Source: an uncultured Eubacteriales bacterium (GTDB taxonomy: Bacteria; Bacillota; Clostridia; Oscillospirales; Oscillospiraceae). Taken from it: a stretch of DNA of 64,000 bases. The translations under genes were made by a program, and so were the position numbers. The stretch is from the NCBI GenBank assembly GCA_900543625.1, contig UQSF01000001.1, positions 79,916 through 143,915 on the forward strand, in the 5' to 3' direction. Of this stretch, positions 28,557 through 40,055 are shown in pieces. The notes under the pieces were generated by a model. The model saw only the letters and a list, made by a program, of their open reading frames with translations, made no database searches and had not been told where the DNA came from. Positions within the stretch are counted from its first letter, which is position 1. Each line of letters begins with the position of its first letter.

Positions 28557-29075
28557 AATTCTGCCGTTTGGCATTGTGAGCTGTGCTTGCTGTATACCAG
28601 ATACAGCTGCGCACAGCGCCCTTCGCCAACCAAAAGAATTTCGCCCGGGGCGGGATAACGGCTGCGCGGTGCACACCGCCTGACGAAAAATGCTCGCCCA
28701 GCGCTGAACATTCCGTTCAGCCCTAACTTCCGTAAGTTCGCCCCTGCAGCCGCAGCTGGATCTGCGGCTGTCGGTGCGCACTGAAATACGGTGCCGGTGC
28801 TTATGATCTGAGTTCCGGTGCCGCACCCCACACTGCCTGTGCGTTTGACCCGGCGCGCAGGTATGCAGTCACCGCTTTTGTGCCGTCCGGCACCGCGGCC
28901 GTGCCGCTGCCATCCGGCGGCGACATGAAAATGGACCGCGCGTCACAAAAGCAAGCTTTTGCCCTTCGCTGAAAGGGCAGGGATGACGAAAGGCCGCAGG
29001 GAATCATGTATTCATGCGGAACCTCGCCGCCCAAACCGTATCATCGGTAACTTCTAACTAAGGAGGAAACAAACA
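28557..29075 (+). other. 519-bp non-coding, hairpin-rich insert inside the spc operon between rpsN and rpsH
   Basis: no credible ORF on either strand; multiple perfect hairpins (GCTGTGC..GCACAGC, GCTGAAC..GTTCAGC, CAGCCGCAG..CTGCGGCTG, AAAAGCAAGCTTTT, GCCCTTCGCTGAAAGGGC). Confidence 0.5.
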
Positions 29076-29474
29076 ATGCAGATCACCGATCCCATCGCCG
29101 ATATGCTGACCCGCATCCGCAACGCTGGCAGCGCTCGGCACGAAACCGTGGACATCCCGAATTCCAAGATGAAGAAGGCCATCGCCGAAATTCTTCTCGA
29201 GGAAGGCTACATCAAGAGCTTCCAGCTCATTGATGACGGCACGCAGGGCGTCATCCGCGTCACCCTGAAGTATCTCCCCGGCAAAGAGAAGGCCATCCAG
29301 GGCCTCCGCAGAGTCTCCAAGCCCGGCCTGCGTGTGTACGCCGGCGCTGACGAGCTGCCGCAGGTCCTGCGCGGCCTCGGCATCGCGATCATCTCCACCT
29401 CGAAGGGCATCATGACCGACAAGAAGGCGCGTGCGCAGCACGTCGGCGGCGAAGTCCTCGCGTTTGTGTGGTAA
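29076..29474 (+). CDS. rpsH: 30S ribosomal protein S8
   Basis: conserved sequence; AAGGAGG RBS. Confidence 0.95.
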   Translation: MQITDPIADMLTRIRNAGSARHETVDIPNSKMKKAIAEILLEEGYIKSFQLIDDGTQGVIRVTLKYLPGKEKAIQGLRRVSKPGLRVYAGADELPQVLRGLGIAIISTSKGIMTDKKARAQHVGGEVLAFVW

Positions 29475-29489
29475 GGGAGGTACAGAACG

Positions 29490-30029
29490 ATGTCTAGAAT
29501 TGGTAGAGCTCCCATCGAGATCCCCGCAGGTGTTGAAGTCGCCTGCAACGGCACGCTCGTCACCGTCAAGGGCCCGAAGGGCACCCTGACGCACAACGTG
29601 CACCCGGACATGACCGTCACGGTCGAAGGCAACACCATCCATGTCACCCGTCCGAGCGATGACAAACTGCACCGCTCTCTGCACGGCCTGACCCGCACGC
29701 TGATCCACAACATGGTCATCGGCGTGACCGAGGGCTTCAGCAAGACGCTGGAGATCAACGGTGTCGGCTACAGAGCCACAAAGGAAGGACAGAACCTTGT
29801 CATGCACCTGGGCTTCTCGCACACGATCACCATGTCCGAGAATGCGGACATCCAGATCGATGTTCCGAACCCGAACCAGGTCATCATCAAGGGTATCGAC
29901 AAGGAAAAGGTCGGCCAGTTTGCAGCAGAAGTGCGCGCCAAGCGTCCGCCCGAGCCGTACAAGGGCAAGGGCATCAAGTACGACTATGAGCACGTCCGCC
30001 GCAAAGAAGGCAAGACCGGCGCGAAGTAA
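29490..30029 (+). CDS. rplF: 50S ribosomal protein L6
   Basis: conserved sequence. Confidence 0.95.
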   Translation: MSRIGRAPIEIPAGVEVACNGTLVTVKGPKGTLTHNVHPDMTVTVEGNTIHVTRPSDDKLHRSLHGLTRTLIHNMVIGVTEGFSKTLEINGVGYRATKEGQNLVMHLGFSHTITMSENADIQIDVPNPNQVIIKGIDKEKVGQFAAEVRAKRPPEPYKGKGIKYDYEHVRRKEGKTGAK

Positions 30030-30045
30030 TTGGAGGTGTGCCTGA

Positions 30046-30405
30046 ATGATTAAGAGACCGAATACGAAAGCGCAGCGCGTTCGCCGTCACCAGAGAGTGC
30101 GCGGCAAGGTTTCCGGCACGGCCGAGAGACCGCGTTTGAGCGTGTTCCGCAGCGAAAACAACATTTATGCCCAGATCATCGACGATGTCGCCGGTAAGAC
30201 GCTCTGCAGCGCCTCCACCGTGGAAAAGGGCTTTGAAGGCAATGGCGGCAACTGCGAAGCGGCAGCCAAGATCGGCAAGCTCGTCGGCGAGCGCGCCGTG
30301 GCTGCCGGCATCACCGAGGTCGTGTTCGACCGCGGCGGCAACGTGTACCATGGCCGTGTCAAGGCTCTGGCAGAAGGCGCCCGTGAGGGCGGCCTGAAGT
30401 TCTAA
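30046..30405 (+). CDS. rplR: 50S ribosomal protein L18
   Basis: conserved sequence. Confidence 0.95.
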   Translation: MIKRPNTKAQRVRRHQRVRGKVSGTAERPRLSVFRSENNIYAQIIDDVAGKTLCSASTVEKGFEGNGGNCEAAAKIGKLVGERAVAAGITEVVFDRGGNVYHGRVKALAEGAREGGLKF

Positions 30406-30422
30406 CGGGAGGAGGAAACGAA

Positions 30423-30953
30423 ATGGCATATAACAATGACAGACGGGACAATCGCCGCAACCGCAGCGATGAGCCCCAGGAATTCACCGAAAAAGTCGTT
30501 GCCCTCAACCGCGTTTCCAAGACCGTTAAGGGCGGCCGCGTCGCAAAGTTCTCCGCACTCGTCGTCGTGGGTGACGGCAAGGGCCGCGTGGGCTTCGGCC
30601 TCGGCAAAGCAGCCGAAGTCTCCGAAGCGATCCGCAAGGGCCTGGAGGACGCTAAGAAGAACCTGACCACCGTGACCCTGCAGGGCACGACGATCCCGCA
30701 CGAGGTCATCGGCGCGTTCGGTGCCGGCCGCGTGCTGCTCAAGCCCGCTGCTCCCGGTACCGGCGTGATCGCCGGCGGCGCTGTGCGTGCTGTGGTCGAG
30801 GCTGCCGGCATCAAGGACATCCGTACCAAGTGCCTGCGTTCGAACAACCCGGCAAACGTCGTCGCTGCGACGATGGAAGGTCTGAAATCTCTGCGCAACG
30901 CCCAGCAGGTCGCTGCTTACAGAGGCAAGACCGCCGAAGAGATTCTGGGTTAA
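30423..30953 (+). CDS. rpsE: 30S ribosomal protein S5
   Basis: conserved sequence. Confidence 0.95.
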   Translation: MAYNNDRRDNRRNRSDEPQEFTEKVVALNRVSKTVKGGRVAKFSALVVVGDGKGRVGFGLGKAAEVSEAIRKGLEDAKKNLTTVTLQGTTIPHEVIGAFGAGRVLLKPAAPGTGVIAGGAVRAVVEAAGIKDIRTKCLRSNNPANVVAATMEGLKSLRNAQQVAAYRGKTAEEILG

Positions 30954-30967
30954 GGAGGGGCTGAGAC

Positions 30968-31150
30968 ATGGCAAATCTGAAGATCAAGCTCGTCAAGAGC
31001 CTCAGCGGCCGCAATGTCAAGCACATTGCCACCGCCAACTCCCTCGGCCTGCACAAGATCGGCAACGAGACCGTGCAGCCCGATAACCCGCAGACCCGCG
31101 GCAAGATCGCCAAGATCGGCTATCTCGTCGCCGTCACCGAAGAAGAATAA
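30968..31150 (+). CDS. rpmD: 50S ribosomal protein L30
   Basis: conserved sequence. Confidence 0.9.
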   Translation: MANLKIKLVKSLSGRNVKHIATANSLGLHKIGNETVQPDNPQTRGKIAKIGYLVAVTEEE

Positions 31151-31164
31151 GGAGGGCCCCAGAA

Positions 31165-31605
31165 ATGAATATCCACGAACTTTCTCCCGTTGTGGGCTCC
31201 ACCCATGTCGGCAAGCGCAAGGGCCGCGGCCACGCGACCGGCAACGGCAAGACCGCAGGCCGCGGTCATAAGGGTCAGAAGGCCCGCAGCGGCGGCGGCG
31301 TCCGCATCGGCTTCGAAGGCGGCCAGATGCCTCTGGCGCGCCGCATCCCGAAGCGCGGTTTCCACAACATCTTCGCCAAACCGCTCGAGAGCGTGAACGT
31401 CTCCGCTCTGGAGAAGTTTGAAGACGGCGCAGTCGTCGACGCGAAGGTTCTGCTTGACGCCGGTGTGCTGAGCAAGTGCACCTACGGCGTGAAGATTCTC
31501 GGCAACGGCGAAATCACCAAGAAGCTGACTGTGAAGGCTTCTGCGTTCTCCGAATCCGCGAAAGCGAAGATCGAGGCAGCAGGAGGAAAGGCAGAGGTGG
31601 TGTAA
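31165..31605 (+). CDS. rplO: 50S ribosomal protein L15
   Basis: conserved sequence. Confidence 0.95.
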   Translation: MNIHELSPVVGSTHVGKRKGRGHATGNGKTAGRGHKGQKARSGGGVRIGFEGGQMPLARRIPKRGFHNIFAKPLESVNVSALEKFEDGAVVDAKVLLDAGVLSKCTYGVKILGNGEITKKLTVKASAFSESAKAKIEAAGGKAEVV

Positions 31606-31606
31606 G

Positions 31607-32905
31607 GTGCTCCAGACATTTCGTAACGCATGGCGGATCGAAGAGCTGCGCAAGAAAATTCTTTTCACGCTGCTGATTGTCCTGCTTTACCGTCTCGGCA
31701 ATGCCGTACCCGTACCTTTCGTCGATACCAAAGCGCTTGCGGAGTATTTCCAGTCAAGCGGCCTGCAGAACACGATCCTCGGACTGTTCAACGTTATGTC
31801 CGGCGGCGCGTTCTCTCAGGCAACGATCTTCGCGCTGTCCATCCAGCCGTACATCAACGCTTCCATCATCATTCAGCTCCTGTGCATCGCGATCCCCGCG
31901 CTGGAGCGTCTGCAGAAGGAAGGCGGCGAGGAAGGCAAGAAGAAGATCGCCAGCATCACCCGCTACAGCACGGTCGCCATCGGTCTGCTGCAGGGCTTTG
32001 CTTACTATATGATGATGCGCAACTACGGCCTCATGAACGCCGACTTTGCCGGCAACATCTGGGCTGCCATCGTCATCATCCTGACCTTTACGTCCGGTTC
32101 CGCCCTCATCATGTGGCTTGGTGAGCAGATCACCGAGTTCGGCATCGGCAACGGTATCTCGATCATCCTGTTCGTGAGCATCGTCGCCCGTTTCCCGAAC
32201 TCCATCATCCGCCAGATCAACAACGTCGCCAACGGCGACCTCGCCTGGTGGGTGCTGGTGCTGATGTACGTCGGCGCTCTGCTGCTGATCGTCATGATCG
32301 TGCTCGTCAACGATGCCGAGCGCCGTCTGCCGGTGCAGTACTCCAAGCGCGTCGTCGGCCGCAAGATGTACGGCGGCCAGAGCACGCACCTGCCGATGAA
32401 GGTGAACATGAGCGGCGTCCTGCCGATCATCTTTGCCCAGTCGATCGCGTCTCTGCCGGCCACCATCTGCGCCTTCGTTCCGAAGTGGCAGAGCAGCTGG
32501 ATCATGAAGCATGTCTTTGATACGACCACCTGGCCGTATATCGTCCTCTACTTCCTGCTCATCATCTTCTTCAGCTATTTCTACTCCACGATCCAGTTCA
32601 ACCCGATCGAGGTCGCGAACAACCTGAAGAAGAACGGCGGATTCATCCCGGGCTTCCGTGCAGGCAAGCCGACGAGCGAATTCATCCAGAAGGTGCTCAA
32701 CAAGATCACGCTCTTCGGCGCGATCTATCTGAGCGTCATCGCGATCACGCCGCTGATCATCAGTGCGTGCTCGCAGGCGGAGCAGCTCACCGGCATCTCC
32801 CTGGGCGGCACGTCCATCATCATCGTTGTCGGTGTTGCACTTGAGACCGTCCGCGCACTCGAGGCGCAGATGCTCATGCGCAACTATAAGGGTTTCCTGA
32901 GCTGA
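31607..32905 (+). CDS. secY: preprotein translocase subunit SecY
   Basis: 432 aa, 10 TM, conserved. Confidence 0.95.
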   Translation: MLQTFRNAWRIEELRKKILFTLLIVLLYRLGNAVPVPFVDTKALAEYFQSSGLQNTILGLFNVMSGGAFSQATIFALSIQPYINASIIIQLLCIAIPALERLQKEGGEEGKKKIASITRYSTVAIGLLQGFAYYMMMRNYGLMNADFAGNIWAAIVIILTFTSGSALIMWLGEQITEFGIGNGISIILFVSIVARFPNSIIRQINNVANGDLAWWVLVLMYVGALLLIVMIVLVNDAERRLPVQYSKRVVGRKMYGGQSTHLPMKVNMSGVLPIIFAQSIASLPATICAFVPKWQSSWIMKHVFDTTTWPYIVLYFLLIIFFSYFYSTIQFNPIEVANNLKKNGGFIPGFRAGKPTSEFIQKVLNKITLFGAIYLSVIAITPLIISACSQAEQLTGISLGGTSIIIVVGVALETVRALEAQMLMRNYKGFLS

Positions 32906-32921
32906 TAGGAGGATTCATAGT

Positions 32922-33557
32922 ATGAAACTCGTTTTGTTAGGTGCCCCCGGTGCAGGCAAGGGAACGCAGGCTGAGATCCTCAGCCGCAAGCTGAACATTC
33001 CCACCATTTCCACCGGCAACATCCTGCGTGCAGCCATGAAAAACGGCACGCCCGTGGGTCTGAAAGCAAAATCCTATGTGGAAAGCGGCAAGCTCGTTCC
33101 GGACGACGTCATCATCGGCATCGTCTGCGAGCGTCTGGCCGAGCCCGACTGTGCCAATGGTTATATCCTCGACGGCATGCCGCGCACCATCCCCCAGGCG
33201 GAAGCGCTGGAGCAGCACGGCATCGACGTCGACACCGCCCTCTCGATCGAGATCGCGGATGAGACCATCATCGAGCGCATGTCCGGCCGCCGGACCTGCA
33301 AGGACTGCAGCGCCACGTTCCACATCGTCTCCAACCCTCCCAAGGTGGAAGGCAAGTGCGACTTGTGCGGCGGCGAGCTGACCATCCGCAAGGATGACGC
33401 TCCCGAAACCGTCAAGGCGCGTCTGGATGTCTACCATGCCGAGACCGAGCCGCTCAAGGACTTCTACGCCCAGCGCGACAAGCTCGTCTCTGTGGACAAC
33501 CAGCCGACCATCGAGGCCACGACCGCTGCGATCGAGAAAGCTCTGGGTCTGGAATGA
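32922..33557 (+). CDS. adk: adenylate kinase (zinc-lid type)
   Basis: GAPGAGKGTQ P-loop; lid CxxC...CxxC. Confidence 0.95.
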   Translation: MKLVLLGAPGAGKGTQAEILSRKLNIPTISTGNILRAAMKNGTPVGLKAKSYVESGKLVPDDVIIGIVCERLAEPDCANGYILDGMPRTIPQAEALEQHGIDVDTALSIEIADETIIERMSGRRTCKDCSATFHIVSNPPKVEGKCDLCGGELTIRKDDAPETVKARLDVYHAETEPLKDFYAQRDKLVSVDNQPTIEATTAAIEKALGLE

Positions 33558-34309
33558 TCATCATCAAATCCGATCCTGAGATCGATATCATGCGGCAGGC
33601 CGGCCGGATCACCGCTGGCGCGCGTACCATCGCGCGTCAGATGGTGGCCCCGGGCGTGACTACCCGCCAGATCAACCGCGAAGTGCACAAGTTCATCACG
33701 AAGTCCGGCGCGACGCCGTGCTTCATGACCGACGGCGGCTTTCCGACGGCGGCGTGCATCTCCGTCAATGACGAGATCATCCATGGCATTCCAGGCGACC
33801 GCGTCCTGCATGAGGGCGATATCGTCAGTGTCGACGTCGGCGCCCGCTACCGCGGCTTCAACGGCGACTGTGCGGGCACGTTCCCGTGCGGCCAGTGCTC
33901 GGATGAGGCGCTGCGCCTGATCCGCATCACACGGCAGAGCTTTTTTGAGGGCATCCGGTTTGCCCGTGTCGGCTACCGCATCTCCGATATCGGCCACGCC
34001 ATTCAGGATTATGCCGAGAGCTATGGCTATTCACTCGTGCGCGAGTATGTCGGCCACGGCGTCGGCGCCGGCCTGCATGAAGCGCCGGAGATCCCGAACT
34101 ACGGCAAGCCCGGCCACGGCCCGCGTCTGCAGAAGAACATGACGATCGCCGTGGAGCCGATGGTCAACGCCGGAGACTACGAAGTCCGCGTTCTTGACAA
34201 CGGCTGGACCGTGGTCACGGCGGACGGCAGTCTGTCGGCGCACTACGAAAACTCTCTGCTCGTCACGGATGGCGAGCCGGAGATCCTGACGTTTGCAGAC
34301 GACATGTGA
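33554..34309 (+). CDS. map: type I methionine aminopeptidase
   Basis: conserved metal ligand pattern; ATGA overlap with adk. Confidence 0.9.
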   Translation: MIIIKSDPEIDIMRQAGRITAGARTIARQMVAPGVTTRQINREVHKFITKSGATPCFMTDGGFPTAACISVNDEIIHGIPGDRVLHEGDIVSVDVGARYRGFNGDCAGTFPCGQCSDEALRLIRITRQSFFEGIRFARVGYRISDIGHAIQDYAESYGYSLVREYVGHGVGAGLHEAPEIPNYGKPGHGPRLQKNMTIAVEPMVNAGDYEVRVLDNGWTVVTADGSLSAHYENSLLVTDGEPEILTFADDM

Positions 34310-34347
34310 CGGGCGCGTCCCGAAAAACCTTAGGAGGTTCAAACACC

Positions 34348-34693
<346 letters not shown>

Positions 34694-34809
34694 TCTGACC
34701 CTGTAAGTCCTAACACATCCGCGCCAGAAGGTCGGCTCCCTCCGGCGGGAGTAAGTCGCCTCCCTTTTTGCGCGCGGAACCAAAATTTCGAAAGGAATGA
34801 TCGAATAAG

Positions 34810-35178
34810 ATGGCACGTATCGCCGGCGTTGACCTGCCCAAGGACAAGCGAATTGAAATTGGCCTGACCTATGTTTATGGTATCGGCAGAACCAGCGCAA
34901 AAAAGATTCTTGAGATGACCGGCATCAATCCGGACACCCGTGTGAAAGACCTCACCGACGAGGACGAAGCGAAGATCCGTGAGTGCATCGACCACCACTT
35001 CATCGTGGAGGGCGACCTGCGCCGCAGCGTGGCGCTCGATATCAAGCGCCTGACCGAGATCGGCTGCTACCGCGGCCAGCGTCACAGACGCGGCCTGCCC
35101 GTGCGCGGCCAGCGCAGCAAGACCAATGCGCGTACCCGCAAGGGCCCGAAACGCACGATCGCCAATAAGAAGAAGTAA
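34810..35178 (+). CDS. rpsM: 30S ribosomal protein S13
   Basis: conserved sequence. Confidence 0.95.
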   Translation: MARIAGVDLPKDKRIEIGLTYVYGIGRTSAKKILEMTGINPDTRVKDLTDEDEAKIRECIDHHFIVEGDLRRSVALDIKRLTEIGCYRGQRHRRGLPVRGQRSKTNARTRKGPKRTIANKKK

Positions 35179-35192
35179 GGGAGGGATATGTA

Positions 35193-35594
35193 ATGGCAAA
35201 CGCAGCAAAAGGCAAGAAGGTTCGCACGCGCCGCAAGGAGCGTAAGAACATTGAAAAGGGAGCCGTGCATATCAGCTCTTCCTTCAACAACACCATGGTC
35301 ACCATCACGGACACCCAGGGCAATGCGCTCTCTTGGGCTTCTGCCGGTGGCATGGGCTTCCGCGGAAGCAAGAAATCCACCCCCTTCGCCGCGCAGACCG
35401 CCGCTGAGACGGCTGCCAAGGCGGCTATGGAGCACGGCCTGAAGACGGTCGAAGTCTTCGTCAAGGGCCCCGGCTCCGGACGTGAGGCTGCGATCCGCGC
35501 CCTGCAGACTGCAGGACTCGAGGTCACCATGATCAAGGACGTCACCCCCATTCCGCACAATGGCTGCCGTCCTCCGAAACGCCGCCGCGTCTGA
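35193..35594 (+). CDS. rpsK: 30S ribosomal protein S11
   Basis: conserved sequence. Confidence 0.95.
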   Translation: MANAAKGKKVRTRRKERKNIEKGAVHISSSFNNTMVTITDTQGNALSWASAGGMGFRGSKKSTPFAAQTAAETAAKAAMEHGLKTVEVFVKGPGSGREAAIRALQTAGLEVTMIKDVTPIPHNGCRPPKRRRV

Positions 35595-35614
35595 TTGAAG
35601 GAGGGAAATGAATT

Positions 35615-36241
35615 ATGGCTAGATATACCGAAGCTGTCTGCCGTCAGTGCCGCAGAGAGGGCCAGAAGCTCTTCCTCAAGGGCGACAGATGCTACACCCA
35701 GAAGTGCGCGCTCGAGTGCAGAGGCTACGCCCCCGGTCAGCACGGCCAGGGCCGCAGCAAGACCTCTGAGTACGGCTCCCAGCTGCGCGAGAAGCAGAAG
35801 GTTCGCCGCTACTACGGCGTGCTCGAGAAGCAGTTCCGCAGCTACTTCGCCATGGCGGAGAAGCGTCAGGGCATCACGGGCGAGAACCTGCTCGCGATCC
35901 TCGAGACCCGCCTGGACAACGTCGTCTACCGTCTCGGCTTTGCGATGAGCCGCGCCGAGGCGCGCCAGCTCGTGACGCACGGCCACTTCACCGTGGATGG
36001 CCGCAAAGTCAACATCCCCAGCTTCCTGGTCAAGCCGGGCATGGTTATTACACTCAAGGACTCCAGCAAGAGTCTCGACAAGATCAAGGCCAACGTCGAA
36101 GCCAACGCTTCCCGTCCGGCGCCGAAGTGGCTGGATTACGACGCCAACAGCATGGTTGGCAAGGTCGTGGCCATCCCCGCGCGCGATGACATTGATCTGC
36201 CTGTCGAGGAACACCTCATCGTCGAGCTGTATTCCAAGTAA
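35615..36241 (+). CDS. rpsD: 30S ribosomal protein S4
   Basis: N-terminal CRxCRREG zinc motif; conserved. Confidence 0.95.
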   Translation: MARYTEAVCRQCRREGQKLFLKGDRCYTQKCALECRGYAPGQHGQGRSKTSEYGSQLREKQKVRRYYGVLEKQFRSYFAMAEKRQGITGENLLAILETRLDNVVYRLGFAMSRAEARQLVTHGHFTVDGRKVNIPSFLVKPGMVITLKDSSKSLDKIKANVEANASRPAPKWLDYDANSMVGKVVAIPARDDIDLPVEEHLIVELYSK

Positions 36242-36321
36242 TAAAGAGACCCTCAAATTGGTAAGCTGACATCCGCAGCGCCGCAGTGGCGCAACAATAC
36301 AGTAAGGAGGGTTAAGTCTAA

Positions 36322-37272
36322 ATGATTGAAATTGAAAAGCCGCGCATCGAATGCCTGGAATCCCCGGACGACATTTCCTACGGAAAGTTCGTCGTCGAGC
36401 CTTTGGAGCGTGGCTACGGCACGACCCTGGGTAACTCTCTGCGCAGAGTGCTGCTCTCTTCACTGCCCGGTTATGCCCCGACGTCCATCCGGATCGCCGG
36501 TGTGCAGCACGAGTTTTCGACGATCCCCGGTGTCAAGGAAGACGTCACCGAGATCGTGCTGAATGTGAAGGGTATCATTGCACGCCTGCATTGCGACGGC
36601 CCGAAGACCGTCTATATCGAAGCGGCAGGCGAGTGTGAAGTCACCGCCGGTGACATCAAGGCAGATGCCGAGGTTGAGATCCTCAACCCCGAACTGCACA
36701 TCGCCAGCCTCGGTCCGGACGGCGCGCTCTCCATGGAGATCACGCTTGACCACGGCAGAGGCTATATCCCGGCGGACAAGAACAAGAGCGCGCAGCAGGT
36801 CATCGGGACCATCCCGGTGGACAGCATCTATGCGCCGGTCCTGAAGGTCAACTACGCTGTTGAGAACACCCGTGTGGGCAACCAGACGGACTTCGACAAG
36901 CTGACCGTTGAGGTCTGGACCGATAAGACCATCTCGGCGCGCGACGCGCTGAGCCTCGGCGCCAAGATCCTGTGCGATCACTTTACGCTCTTCACCGATC
37001 TGTCTGACACGATCGGCAACAGCTGCACGGTGGTGGAAAAAGAGCCGGAGCGCCCCGATACCGTCATGAAGATGACCATCGAGGAGCTGGATCTCTCCGT
37101 GCGCAGCTTCAACTGCCTCAAGCGCGCGAACATCAACACCGTCGAAGACCTCACCAACAAGACCGAGGAAGAGATGATCAAGGTGCGCAACCTTGGCCGC
37201 AAGTCCCTCGAAGAGGTCGAGCACAAGCTCGCTATGATGGGCCTGAGCCTGGCGAGCGACGACAATCAGTAA
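36322..37272 (+). CDS. rpoA: DNA-directed RNA polymerase alpha subunit
   Basis: conserved NTD and alpha-CTD. Confidence 0.95.
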   Translation: MIEIEKPRIECLESPDDISYGKFVVEPLERGYGTTLGNSLRRVLLSSLPGYAPTSIRIAGVQHEFSTIPGVKEDVTEIVLNVKGIIARLHCDGPKTVYIEAAGECEVTAGDIKADAEVEILNPELHIASLGPDGALSMEITLDHGRGYIPADKNKSAQQVIGTIPVDSIYAPVLKVNYAVENTRVGNQTDFDKLTVEVWTDKTISARDALSLGAKILCDHFTLFTDLSDTIGNSCTVVEKEPERPDTVMKMTIEELDLSVRSFNCLKRANINTVEDLTNKTEEEMIKVRNLGRKSLEEVEHKLAMMGLSLASDDNQ

Positions 37273-37305
37273 TAACCAGCTACTCTTATCAAGGAGGAAA
37301 CCGAT

Positions 37306-37647
37306 ATGCCCGGAACAAGGAAACTCGGTAAGACCACCGATCAGCGCAAGGCGATGCTCCGTCAGCAGGTCACGGATCTGCTCGACATGGGCCGCATGGA
37401 GACGACCGTCTTCCGCGCAAAAGAGATCGCGCCTCTGGCCGAGAAAATGATTACCCTTGGCAAGAAGAAGGACATGGCTGCCTATCGTCAGGCGCTGGCC
37501 TTCATCACCCGCGAGGATGTTGCCAAGAAGGTGTTCGAGGAAGTCGCCCCGAAGTATGCCGACCGCAACGGCGGCTACACCCGCATCACCCGCATCGGCA
37601 CCCGCCGCGGCGATGCGGCCGAGATGGCTGTCATCGAGCTCGTGTAA
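37306..37647 (+). CDS. rplQ: 50S ribosomal protein L17
   Basis: conserved sequence. Confidence 0.95.
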   Translation: MPGTRKLGKTTDQRKAMLRQQVTDLLDMGRMETTVFRAKEIAPLAEKMITLGKKKDMAAYRQALAFITREDVAKKVFEEVAPKYADRNGGYTRITRIGTRRGDAAEMAVIELV

Positions 37648-37669
37648 GGTTTGCCCGAACACAAATCCA

Positions 37670-37702
37670 AATGCACCGACCGCTCTGCGGCCGGTGCATT
37701 TT
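37670..37702. terminator. terminator hairpin after rplQ (upstream copy; near-identical copy at 37905-37937)
   Basis: AATGCACCGACCGC-TCT-GCGGCCGGTGCATTTT; second copy differs only in loop (TTT). Confidence 0.65.
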
Positions 37703-37904
37703 CAGCTTGTCCAAAAACCTCGTAGAGTTTCGCTGCCGCCGCGGCGAAAGAAAGCCCAACCATTTTCTCCGGCGACATGTGCGGCGGAGAAAATACTTCT
37801 CGGCCTGCAAACGTGCGCGTTGTCCGCCTCCGGCGGACAGCGCGTGCGCTGCAGTCAGGCCGCAAATCCATTTGTCAAAAAAGTAGTACTTTTTTGACAG
37901 CCCC
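37703..37904 (-). repeat. copy 2 of the ~200-bp repeat family (reverse orientation)
   Basis: CAGCTTGTCCAAAAACC... ...TTTGTCAAAAAAGTAGTACTTTTTTGACAG; flanked by the duplicated rplQ terminator hairpin. Confidence 0.85.
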
Positions 37905-38009
37905 GAATGCACCGACCGCTTTGCGGCCGGTGCATTTTCTTGTTTTACACACAGGCATGCCCTGTGGTATAATAATCAATCGACAGACAGACAACAAGGA
38001 GGGACGTGT

Positions 38010-38684
38010 ATGCGTATTCTGGTCGTGGAGGACGAACAGGACCTCAACCGCATCCTCGCCAAAACACTCAAAGCCGAGGGCTACAGCGTCGACAGCTGCT
38101 TTGACGGTGTGGAGGCGCTCGACTACCTCAAGGGCGCGGAGTATGACGCCGTTGTGCTCGACGTGATGATGCCGCGCATGGACGGGTTTTCGGTGCTGGC
38201 GCAGATGCGCGCCGACGGCAACGAGACGCCGGTGCTGTTTCTCACGGCGAAGGACAGCGTGCCCGACCGCGTGCACGGGCTGGATACCGGCGCGGACGAC
38301 TATCTCGTCAAGCCGTTTTCGTTTGATGAGCTTCTTGCGCGGCTGCGTGTCATCACTCGCAAGCACGGCGGCAGCGCGACCAATGTCTTCACCGTGGCAG
38401 ATCTCACGGTCGACACCGCTTCGCACCATGTCGCGCGCGGCGGGCGCACGATCTCGCTCTCGGCCAAGGAATTTGCGCTGCTGGAATATATGATCCGCAA
38501 CCGCGGCGTCGTGCTCTCGCGCGAGCGCATTGAAAACCATCTCTGGAACTATGACTACAGCGGCGGCTCGAACGTCGTGGATGTGTACGTGAGCTACTTG
38601 CGCCGCAAGATCGACGCGGACTATCCCACCAAGCTCATCCATACCGTCTGGGGCGTCGGCTGGGTGCTGCGGGAGGAAGTATGA
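38010..38684 (+). CDS. OmpR-family response regulator
   Basis: receiver domain (D..D..K) plus winged-helix output domain. Confidence 0.9.
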   Translation: MRILVVEDEQDLNRILAKTLKAEGYSVDSCFDGVEALDYLKGAEYDAVVLDVMMPRMDGFSVLAQMRADGNETPVLFLTAKDSVPDRVHGLDTGADDYLVKPFSFDELLARLRVITRKHGGSATNVFTVADLTVDTASHHVARGGRTISLSAKEFALLEYMIRNRGVVLSRERIENHLWNYDYSGGSNVVDVYVSYLRRKIDADYPTKLIHTVWGVGWVLREEV

Positions 38685-40054
38685 GAAGACCGTCACTCAA
38701 GATCCGCATCACGGCGTGGTTTGCGCTCATGATGTTCGTCATCGAGGCGCTGGTGCTCTCGTTCCTGCTTGCCGTCAACGGCACGATCGTCACAAACGAC
38801 CCCGAGTCGCGTCTCGTGCGCGTGCTCGAGCATAACGCCGACCGCGTCAAGTATAAAAACCGGCAGTTTCGCTATGACCACATCCACTATTACCGCAGCG
38901 GCGTGTACACGGTGCTCTACGACGCGGACGGCAATCCCCTGCAGGGCACGTTCCCGGCGGAGTTTTCGCCCGCGCAGCCGCTGCCGCTCAGCGGGGACGC
39001 GGTGCGTACCGTCACCTGCGGCGAGCAGACGTTTTATGTCTATGATGTGCACGTCGACATGATGGTCGGCAGCGTCTGGCTGCGCGGCGTCATCGACGCG
39101 AACGCAAAAGGCGGCGTCATGCGCGTGATCCTGCCGCTGGCGTGGTCACTGCTGCCGGTGCTGCTGGTGCTGTCGGTCATCGGCGGGTATTTCATCGCCA
39201 GCCGCGCCCTGCGCCCCGTGCGCCAGCTCACGGCCGCGGCCAATGCCATCTCCGACGGGCAGGATCTCAAGGCGCGCATCGGTCTGCCGCACACAAAGGG
39301 CAGCGACGAGATCTATCAGCTCTCGGCGTCGTTTGACAATATGTTCGACCGGCTCGAGCGCTCGTTCGAGGCTGAGCAGCGCTTCACGTCCGACGCTTCG
39401 CACGAGCTGCGCACGCCGACGACCGTCATCCTCGCTGCCTGCGAGGACGCGCGCAAAAACGCCCGCACCCCGGCGGACTATCAGGCCGCGCTCGACGTCG
39501 TCGACCGGCAGGCGCACAAGATGTCGCAGCTCATCGCCAGCATGCTCGAGATCACGCGCCTCGATCAGGGCACGCAGAAGGTCAACTGGGAGTATGCAGA
39601 CCTGTCCGATCTTGTCACCGTCATCTGCGACGAGCAGACCATGGTCGCGCGCCGCGGTATCCGCATCGGCTGCGCGGCAGAACCGGACATTTTCATCGAC
39701 ATGGATGTGTTTCTCATGTCGCGCGTCGTGCAGAACCTGCTCGACAATGCCTTCAAGTTCGGCATCGACGGCGGCTGGATCCATGTAGCGCTCCGGCGCA
39801 CGGATACCGGCGCGCAGCTGACCGTGCAGGACAACGGCGTCGGTATCTCGCAGGAAGATCTGGACAGAATATGGCAGAGGTTTTATCAGGCCGACCCCAG
39901 CCGGCAGGAAAGCGCGGGACTGGGTCTGGGCCTGTCGATGGTGCAGCAGATCGTGGCGCTGCACGGCGGCACGGTTGCCGTCGCAAGCGTGAAGGGCCGC
40001 GGCACGACGTTCACGGTCACGCTGCCGGAACACCACGGAAAAGAGGAGAAGTAA
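38681..40054 (+). CDS. sensor histidine kinase (2 TM, HAMP, HisKA, HATPase_c)
   Basis: H-box SHELRTP; G-boxes; overlaps response-regulator stop. Confidence 0.9.
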   Translation: MRRPSLKIRITAWFALMMFVIEALVLSFLLAVNGTIVTNDPESRLVRVLEHNADRVKYKNRQFRYDHIHYYRSGVYTVLYDADGNPLQGTFPAEFSPAQPLPLSGDAVRTVTCGEQTFYVYDVHVDMMVGSVWLRGVIDANAKGGVMRVILPLAWSLLPVLLVLSVIGGYFIASRALRPVRQLTAAANAISDGQDLKARIGLPHTKGSDEIYQLSASFDNMFDRLERSFEAEQRFTSDASHELRTPTTVILAACEDARKNARTPADYQAALDVVDRQAHKMSQLIASMLEITRLDQGTQKVNWEYADLSDLVTVICDEQTMVARRGIRIGCAAEPDIFIDMDVFLMSRVVQNLLDNAFKFGIDGGWIHVALRRTDTGAQLTVQDNGVGISQEDLDRIWQRFYQADPSRQESAGLGLGLSMVQQIVALHGGTVAVASVKGRGTTFTVTLPEHHGKEEK

Positions 40055-40055
40055 T

